A DNA stretch of 5,750 nt from a virus: positions 1 through 5,750 of the IMG/VR virus record IMGVR_UViG_3300045988_006665. The stretch is one strand, 5' to 3'. The notes beneath the pieces are model-generated. The model ran no database searches. It was not told the origin of the DNA and saw nothing but the letters and a program-made list of their open reading frames with translations. Both the position numbers and the translations under genes were made by a program. Numbering within the stretch: the first letter of the stretch is position 1; every line of letters begins with the position of its first letter. Positions 1-4,746 of this stretch are shown here, one piece after another.

Positions 1-55
1 CTTCTGTCCGAACAGAATCCTTTGGGATAACTTCAAAAGATTCATGGGAGAAGCA
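1..55. repeat. Terminal direct repeat, copy 1 (exact duplicate of 5696-5750); overlap left when a circular genome was linearised
   Basis: cttctgtccgaacagaatcctttgggataacttcaaaagattcatgggagaagca at 1-55 recurs base for base at 5696-5750. The capsid reading frame is continuous across the join. Implied unit length is 5695 nt. Confidence 0.95.
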
Positions 56-1492
56 GACGATAGACCGTGGATGCCTACAGAGACATACCAAGTACCAAAA
101 ATCAAAATTGTGGGAAATCCAAACGAAGAAAACCAGCCAGAAGCATACAAAGGGCCAAAAACGCAAAGCATCCTGGACTATATGGGAGTACCGACACACC
201 TAAACGAAAAAGGAAAAGGCAACGATATTGAAATCAATGCACTGCCAGTAAGAGCATACATCAGAATATGGAACGAATTCTTCAGAGACCAAAACGTAGA
301 TAATCCGGCATGGTATCAAAAAGGAGATGAAGAAGTAAAATACTTCGACAGAGGAGACAACGGATACGTAGGTGAACAAACCGGAAAAGAATACTTAGAC
401 GCATACACAGGCGGGCCATGTCTCCCGGTCTCAAAATTCCACGACTACTTCACATCATGTCTGCCGTATCCTCAGCGCGGACCGGAAGTAAACATTCCTA
501 TCCAGCTGGAAGGAACAGCACCAGTTTATGCAGGCGACAAAACAAACGCAAAAACAAGTTCAGAAGAAAGCTGGAACAATCTAGGCCTATACAACGGACT
601 GGACAGCAGTTGGAGCAACGCAAAAAACGGCATCCGACTGGAAAACAATGGAACATTAATTACAGAAAGTACAAGCGGAATGCCAAACAATCAAATCTCA
701 CTCCACACAAGCCTGTACGAAGCATCCACAGTAAACATCACAATCAACCAGCTCCGGCAAGCCTTTGCGGTTCAGCACTATTACGAAGCACTGGCAAGAG
801 GTGGCAGCCGATACCGTGAGCAGGTGCGAGCACTGTTCGGCGTAAGCATCAGCGACAAAACCGTACAGATACCGGAGTATCTGGGTGGTGGACGCTATCA
901 CATCAACATTAACCAAATTGTGCAGACGTCTGGACAGCAGACCGAAGCAGACACGCCTATCGGCGAAACCGGTGCAATGTCTGTCACACCTATCAACGAA
1001 AGCTCCTTTACAAAGAGCTTTGAGGAACACGGGTTTATTATCGGTGTTATGTGTGTTCGACATAATCACAGCTATCAGCAAGGCCTAGAGCGATTCTGGA
1101 GCCGTAGCGACAGACTGGACTACTATTTCCCGCAGTTTGCAAATCTGGGCGAACAGCCTGTCAAGAAAAAGGAAATCATGCTAACCGGAACGCCAGTGGA
1201 TGACGAAACCTTCGGATACCAGGAAGCATGGGCAGACTATCGCATGAAACCGAACCGTGTAAGCGGTAAAATGCGGAGCAATGCGGAGGGGACGCTCGAC
1301 TTCTGGCACTATGCGGACAACTACGAAAGCATACCGACACTGAGCCAAGAGTGGATGAACGAAGGCAAATCCGAAATTGCACGAACGTTGATTGTTCAAG
1401 ATGAACCCCAATTTTTCGGCGCAATCCGGGTGATGAACAAGACAACTCGTTGTATGCCGCTGTACAGCGTACCGGGTCTGGAAAAGCTGTAA
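2..1492 (+). CDS. VP1: Major capsid protein VP1 (phiX174 F-like), C-terminal portion; the 5' part is at 5460-5695 across the circular junction
   Basis: The frame is open from base 2 (FCPNRILWDNFKRFMGEA...) to TAA at 1490-1492, so the ATG at 44 in the ORF track is internal. It is in frame with the 5460 ORF after subtracting 5695. The joined product is 575 aa, which fits a Microviridae capsid protein. The N-terminal motifs are listed under the 5460 feature. Confidence 0.93.
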   Translation, partial: FCPNRILWDNFKRFMGEADDRPWMPTETYQVPKIKIVGNPNEENQPEAYKGPKTQSILDYMGVPTHLNEKGKGNDIEINALPVRAYIRIWNEFFRDQNVDNPAWYQKGDEEVKYFDRGDNGYVGEQTGKEYLDAYTGGPCLPVSKFHDYFTSCLPYPQRGPEVNIPIQLEGTAPVYAGDKTNAKTSSEESWNNLGLYNGLDSSWSNAKNGIRLENNGTLITESTSGMPNNQISLHTSLYEASTVNITINQLRQAFAVQHYYEALARGGSRYREQVRALFGVSISDKTVQIPEYLGGGRYHININQIVQTSGQQTEADTPIGETGAMSVTPINESSFTKSFEEHGFIIGVMCVRHNHSYQQGLERFWSRSDRLDYYFPQFANLGEQPVKKKEIMLTGTPVDDETFGYQEAWADYRMKPNRVSGKMRSNAEGTLDFWHYADNYESIPTLSQEWMNEGKSEIARTLIVQDEPQFFGAIRVMNKTTRCMPLYSVPGLEKL

Positions 1493-1495
1493 AGA

Positions 1496-1502
1496 AAGGA
1501 GG
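1496..1502 (+). promoter_or_regulatory. Shine-Dalgarno AAGGAGG serving VP2, separated from the ATG by 29 nt that contain a hairpin
   Basis: A perfect AAGGAGG lies 3 nt after the VP1 stop. No other purine-rich SD lies between it and ATG 1532, and no alternative in-frame start exists between TAA 1490 and 1532. Confidence 0.55.
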
Positions 1503-1503
1503 A

Positions 1504-1530
1504 AGCCCGCAGAAATGCGGGCTATTTTAT
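1504..1530 (+). terminator. GC-rich hairpin with GAAA tetraloop plus T-rich tail between VP1 and VP2 (probable leaky terminator or attenuator)
   Basis: agcccgca (1504-1511), gaaa, tgcgggct (1516-1523) form a perfect 8-bp stem, followed by attttat. It begins 12 nt after the VP1 stop. Confidence 0.5.
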
Positions 1531-1531
1531 A

Positions 1532-2347
1532 ATGGCAGGATTAGGAACAATGCTGGCAAAAGCTGGCACGTGGCTTGCAAGTCATCCAGAAGTAGTAACG
1601 ACAGGAATGTCACTCATTGGCAACGGCCTATCAAGCTACTATGGACAGAAAAGCGAAAACCAGAGCCAAGGAAGCAACATGAGCCAAAGCCAAGGCGGAG
1701 GACAAAGCGCATCCATGAGCGAGGGCGGCACAAACGACAAACAAATCATGGACTACCTCAACAGATACTATCAGTGGCAAGGAGGACAAAATAGTTTTCA
1801 AAGTAAGACAAACCGCGAAAATATGCTCATGCAAATGGGATACAACACGTTGGGGGCAATCCAACAAGGAATATACAACCACATCGAGCAAAACGCAGCC
1901 ATGTCTTACAACAGCGCAGAAGCACTGGCAAACCGCAATTTCCAAGAAAGAATGAGCAGCACAGCATACCAAAGAGCGGTAGAAGATATGCGAAAAGCAG
2001 GACTTAATCCAATTTTAGCATACGCACAAGGTGGCGCAAGCACGCCGGGCGGCTCAGGCGCAACAATCACAGGCGCAAGTATGGGAATGCCAGCATCCAG
2101 TGCTTTAGGAGTATCAGCATTAAGTGGCACAGTGCCAAACAGCTACTTTAGCCGATCCGAAAGTAAATCACAATGGTACCAGCTAGCAGAAGCCGTGGGC
2201 AGTCAAATGAGCACAGGCTATAGCAGTCCGGTACAGCTAACCGAAGACCTTCTCAAAACCTATAAACAGATGGAAAATACAGAAAAAACCGTACCATTCA
2301 AAGCAGGTGGAGGAAAATTCCACACAGGAGGAGGAAGAAAAAAATGA
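1532..2347 (+). CDS. VP2: Minor capsid / DNA pilot protein VP2 (functional analogue of phiX174 H)
   Basis: The 271-aa ORF sits directly after VP1. It contains the segment NSAEALANRNFQERMSSTAYQRAVEDMRKAGLNPILAY, which matches the conserved FQE-MS-TAYQR...AGLNP-L core I recognise from gokushovirus VP2 proteins. The flanks are low-complexity and rich in Gly, Ser and Gln. The stop overlaps the VP4 start (ATGA). Confidence 0.85.
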   Translation: MAGLGTMLAKAGTWLASHPEVVTTGMSLIGNGLSSYYGQKSENQSQGSNMSQSQGGGQSASMSEGGTNDKQIMDYLNRYYQWQGGQNSFQSKTNRENMLMQMGYNTLGAIQQGIYNHIEQNAAMSYNSAEALANRNFQERMSSTAYQRAVEDMRKAGLNPILAYAQGGASTPGGSGATITGASMGMPASSALGVSALSGTVPNSYFSRSESKSQWYQLAEAVGSQMSTGYSSPVQLTEDLLKTYKQMENTEKTVPFKAGGGKFHTGGGRKK

Positions 2348-3363
2348 GTTGTTACAAGCCGCTAATCAGGCTGTACAACCCAGATAACAAAGAAGTGAGC
2401 GGGCGGGTATATTCACTCGCCCGCTTTTCTCAGTTAGCCGGGAAACAGCTAAAGTATGAAGATTTGATGTATAATCCGAAAGTTATGTTGATACCGTGCG
2501 GACAATGCATCGGGTGCAGAATAAGACAACGCGAAGACTGGACGACACGCATAGAGTTAGAAGCAAGAGATTACCCAAAAGAACAAGTATGGTTTATCAC
2601 ACTAACTTATGACGATGACCATGTGCCTGGCATGATAGTAAAGACAGGCGAAATCATGCGAAAAGTGCAGTACACATGGAAGCCGGGAGAGAAGCGCCCA
2701 GACAGCGTACAAATTCTGCTGTATGAGGATATTCAAAAATTCTTAAAGCGTCTCAGAAAGGCTTACAAGGGCAAATTACGCTATTTTGTAGCAGGTGAGT
2801 ACGGAGAACAAACAGCGAGACCGCACTATCACATGATACTGTATGGATGGGAACCGACAGACCTAGAAAATTTATACAAAATCCATCACAACGGATACTA
2901 TAACAGCAAATGGCTGGAAAGCCTATGGGGCATGGGTCAAATACAGATAGCGCAAGCCGTTCCAGAAACCTATAGATATGTTGCAGGATACGTTACAAAA
3001 AAAATGTACGAAATAAACGGAAAGAAAGCCAATGCGTACTACGAATTGGGACAAACAAAGCCTTTTGCTTGCATGAGCCTAAAACCGGGTCTTGGAGACC
3101 ATTACTATAAAGAACACAAAGCAAAAATCTGGCGGCAAGGGTACATTCAATGCACCAACGGAAAAAAAGCGCAGATTCCAAGATACTACGAAAAGCAGAT
3201 GGAAGTAGAAAACCCGGAAAGACTATGGAAAATCAAGCAAAACAGGCAAAAAGACGCAATCAATCAGAAGAGACTACAATTAGAGAGCCAAGACTATAAG
3301 ACAGTCCTAGAGACAAAAGAACGTGTAACCAAAAAACAAACGAAAAAGCGTGGTATTTTATAA
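2344..3363 (+). CDS. VP4: Replication initiation protein VP4 (HUH rolling-circle endonuclease, phiX174 A-like)
   Basis: The 339-aa ORF carries CGQCIGCR (Cys cluster typical of microvirus VP4), FITLTY (RCR motif 1), RPHYHMILYG (HUH motif 2) and YRYVAGYVTKK (Tyr motif 3). The SD AGGAGGAGGA lies at 2327-2336. Confidence 0.95.
   Translation: MSCYKPLIRLYNPDNKEVSGRVYSLARFSQLAGKQLKYEDLMYNPKVMLIPCGQCIGCRIRQREDWTTRIELEARDYPKEQVWFITLTYDDDHVPGMIVKTGEIMRKVQYTWKPGEKRPDSVQILLYEDIQKFLKRLRKAYKGKLRYFVAGEYGEQTARPHYHMILYGWEPTDLENLYKIHHNGYYNSKWLESLWGMGQIQIAQAVPETYRYVAGYVTKKMYEINGKKANAYYELGQTKPFACMSLKPGLGDHYYKEHKAKIWRQGYIQCTNGKKAQIPRYYEKQMEVENPERLWKIKQNRQKDAINQKRLQLESQDYKTVLETKERVTKKQTKKRGIL
2397..2428 (+). other. 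Intragenic stem-loop in the 5' end of VP4 with an AT-rich loop and a short T tail
   Basis: gagcgggcgggt (2397-2408) pairs with actcgcccgctt (2415-2426). The core agcgggcg/cgcccgct is a perfect 8 bp and extends to 12 bp with two G-T wobbles. The loop is atattc, followed by tt. Confidence 0.45.
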
Positions 3364-3375
3364 TTGGTGTCACCT

Positions 3376-3416
3376 AGCCCAGTACCTATCAAGTAAAGTA
3401 CTGGGCTTTATCATTC
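3376..3416 (+). terminator. Stem-loop 13 nt after the VP4 stop (probable terminator ending the long operon)
   Basis: agcccagtac (3376-3385) and gtactgggct (3398-3407) form a perfect 10-bp stem with a 12-nt loop, followed by tttatcatt, which is only a moderate T tract. Confidence 0.55.
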
Positions 3417-3420
3417 TAAT

Positions 3421-3470
3421 CGCGCACACACGTACACGCGAAAAGTACACGCGCACGCGTGCGCACGTAT
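3421..3470. repeat. Two tracts of strictly alternating pyrimidine/purine with GCGCAC/GTACACGCG repeats and a 14-bp perfect palindrome
   Basis: 3421-3440 (20 nt) and 3446-3470 (25 nt) alternate Y-R without a break, separated by aaaag. GTACACGCG occurs at 3432-3440 and 3445-3453. GCGCAC occurs at 3422, 3451 and 3461. GCGCACGCGTGCGC at 3451-3464 is self-complementary. Confidence 0.85.
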
Positions 3471-3481
3471 TATAATATAAC

Positions 3482-3502
3482 TTGTTGTAGTAGTAGTAGT
3501 AG
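3482..3502. repeat. Trinucleotide microsatellite (TTG)2(TAG)5
   Basis: ttgttgtagtagtagtagtag was read directly, immediately upstream of the GTTGAAA array. Confidence 0.9.
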
Positions 3503-3505
3503 AGT

Positions 3506-3671
3506 ATGTTGAAAAGTTGAAAAGTATAATTTTAAAACGTTAGAGCGTTAAAAATAAACAAAAAACAATGTTGAAAGATTTGTTGAAAACTTGTTGAATT
3601 GTTGAAAGACTCTGTTGTGCTAAAGTTTAACAATGTTGAAATGTTGAAAACTATGTTGAAAATGTTGAAAA
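3506..3671 (+). repeat. Array of ten direct, same-orientation (T)GTTGAAA iteron-like repeats in three clusters
   Basis: The GTTGAA core starts at 3508, 3516, 3570, 3582, 3593 (GTTGAAT variant), 3601, 3635, 3643, 3655 and 3664. Nine of the ten are preceded by T. Six read ATGTTGAAA and three read TTGTTGAA. Spacing within clusters is 8-12 nt. Degenerate copies lie at 3484 (gttgta) and 3614 (gttgtg). Confidence 0.9.
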
Positions 3672-3686
3672 GTCAATAGAAGCAAT

Positions 3687-3756
3687 CCGGAATCAGCCGG
3701 GAAAGCTAAGGCCGCGCTTCGCTGAAAGTTGCGCCGCGTAGCGCGCAACAGCGGCC
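3687..3756 (+). other. GC-rich island of nested inverted repeats (candidate ssDNA structural signal)
   Basis: ccgg-aatcag-ccgg lies at 3687-3700. An outer stem pairs ggccgc (3710-3715) with gcggcc (3751-3756). It encloses an inner hairpin of gttgcgc (3728-3734), an 8-nt loop, and gcgcaac (3743-3749). The island is embedded in otherwise A/T-rich non-coding sequence. Confidence 0.6.
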
Positions 3757-3940
3757 ATCTAATGAAAAATTCTTCAAAAATTCGAAGATGACGGAAGCAT
3801 AACAACAGTGCTAAAACTCAGTGCAGAGCCAAAATATGCAAAACAAAGAGCAGAAGATTACGCAAACAGGCATCCAGGACTGTACAGCCTGCAAAGAACA
3901 GAAACGGTAAAGATGTACTTTACCAAAAAAGAATGAACCA

Positions 3941-3970
3941 AAGACGGAGTTGACAGCTCCGTCTTATTTT
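3941..3970 (+). terminator. Intrinsic-terminator-like hairpin with T tract, overlapping the downstream promoter
   Basis: aagacggag (3941-3949), a 7-nt loop ttgacag, and ctccgtctt (3957-3965) form a perfect 9-bp stem, followed by atttt. Confidence 0.7.
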
Positions 3971-3978
3971 GATATAAT
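3950..3978 (+). promoter_or_regulatory. Consensus sigma70-type promoter TTGACA-17 nt-TATAAT
   Basis: TTGACA lies at 3950-3955, the 17-nt spacer at 3956-3972, and TATAAT at 3973-3978. It is followed by the SD AGGAGAGGAAGGA (3987-3999) and ATG 4006. Confidence 0.75.
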
Positions 3979-4005
3979 CCGAAATAGGAGAGGAAGGAAA
4001 CAGCC

Positions 4006-4389
4006 ATGAAAAACATCAAGTTCATCAAAGCAGATTACGGCAACCTGAGCACCCACTTCAAAGCAAAAGAGTTCCAGTGCAAAGATAAAAGCGAATATCT
4101 GTTAATCGCAACGGAGCTAATTGAAACACTGGAAAAAATCAGAAACCACTTCAACGCTCCGGTCATCATCAACAGCGGATACAGAACGCCAAGCTGGAAC
4201 AGCAAAGTAAACGGAGCGCCAAACTCCTACCACTGCAAAGGAATGGCCGCCGATATCGTAGTAAAAGGGTACAGCAGTAGAGAAATTGCAAAGTACGCAG
4301 ATAAAATCATGGAGCAAGGCGGCGTAATCAGATACACAAACTTCACACACATTGATGTACGAGAAGAACGATACAGAAAGGGGGTGTAA
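4006..4389 (+). CDS. Zn-dependent cell-wall peptidase, Peptidase_M15_3 / VanY-like family (endolysin-type)
   Basis: The 127-aa ORF has SGYRTP, an H-x6-D motif in SYHCKGMAAD (H76, D83) and THIDVR (H115, D117). This is the zinc-ligand pattern I recognise for M15A/M15_3 peptidases. There is a strong SD. The N-terminus has no signal peptide or hydrophobic segment. Confidence 0.88.
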   Translation: MKNIKFIKADYGNLSTHFKAKEFQCKDKSEYLLIATELIETLEKIRNHFNAPVIINSGYRTPSWNSKVNGAPNSYHCKGMAADIVVKGYSSREIAKYADKIMEQGGVIRYTNFTHIDVREERYRKGV

Positions 4390-4392
4390 CCT

Positions 4393-4497
4393 ATGGCATT
4401 AATCAAAGTCAAGGATCTGCGAGAGGCAATTCAGCTCATCAAGACTGTGCTGGAAAAACTTGACGAAATCTATCACGTCCTGAAGGAAAAGGAGTAA
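4393..4497 (+). CDS. Hypothetical 34-aa helical protein (below the ORF-track length cutoff)
   Basis: The product is MALIKVKDLREAIQLIKTVLEKLDEIYHVLKEKE. An AAGGGGG motif lies 8 nt upstream (4378-4384). The start lies 3 nt after the peptidase stop, and its own stop lies 3 nt before the next ATG. This tight packing is the only other support. Confidence 0.4.
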   Translation: MALIKVKDLREAIQLIKTVLEKLDEIYHVLKEKE

Positions 4498-4500
4498 AAC

Positions 4501-4746
4501 ATGATGAACAAGACATGGAATGTACGGGACCAGACCGAAGAAAACCTCAGGCTAGAGGCAGAAAGGCTATACAAACAGATAGAAGCAGGATACAAGCTGA
4601 TAAAAAAAGTATCCAAGCTGGAAGATGCCGAAAAGCTCATTAATCGAATCTGGATAATGAAGAAATGGGCTAACGACATCGAAATGGAACTAATCAGAAG
4701 GGAGTACACAAATGAAGCACAGGCAGCGGATGCCGGTACGCACTGA
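4501..4746 (+). CDS. Hypothetical 81-aa protein, charged and helical or coiled-coil-like
   Basis: An ATGATG start sits 6 nt after AAGGAG (4489-4494). I recognise no motif and see no hydrophobic segment. Confidence 0.6.
   Translation: MMNKTWNVRDQTEENLRLEAERLYKQIEAGYKLIKKVSKLEDAEKLINRIWIMKKWANDIEMELIRREYTNEAQAADAGTH

Noticed and set aside
1-55. The terminal repeat as a biological LTR, an att site or the border of a mobile element
   Set aside because: The repeat lies inside the capsid coding sequence and restores a single continuous ORF when the ends are joined. There is no integrase or transposase, so circular-assembly overlap is the simpler explanation.
1490-1534. VP1-VP2 fusion by read-through of TAA (the two genes are in the same frame, separated by 13 sense codons)
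   Set aside because: A shared frame occurs one time in three by chance. The interval carries a strong SD and a hairpin typical of an intergenic junction, and VP2 has its own ATG. Nothing points to a recoding signal.
418-1794. Alternative-frame + strand ORFs 418-819, 885-1088 (inside VP1) and 1450-1794 (spanning the VP1/VP2 junction) as overprinted genes
   Set aside because: They are long mainly because the T-poor + strand has few stop codons. The products are monotonous Arg/Lys/Gln/Ser-rich strings. No SD precedes their ATGs. Overprinting is real in microviruses, so ribosome profiling could revisit this, but the sequence alone gives no support.
3471-3530. TATAAT hexamers at 3471-3476 and 3525-3530 as additional promoters
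   Set aside because: Neither has a usable -35 element at 16-18 nt. The upstream hexamers are cacgcg and gagtat, and the nearest TTGAAA is only 10 nt from the second TATAAT. Neither has a TGn extended -10. I also checked the positions 17 nt downstream of each TTGAAA repeat and found no convincing -10.
3506-3671. The GTTGAAA array as a CRISPR array or mini-array
   Set aside because: The repeat units are only 7-9 nt, with 0-4 nt between neighbours inside clusters. There are no spacers of CRISPR size and no cas genes, and the context is a 5.7-kb phage genome.
3687-3756. The GC-rich structured island as a tRNA or other known RNA gene
   Set aside because: It has no cloverleaf arrangement, no T-loop (GTTCGAATC-like) or D-loop consensus, and stems of the wrong number and spacing. 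I recognise no known ncRNA family.
3836-3910. 24-aa ATG ORF MQNKEQKITQTGIQDCTACKEQKR in the non-coding region
   Set aside because: It has no SD and is very short. It overlaps the more protein-like frame described in the findings. It is indistinguishable from chance.
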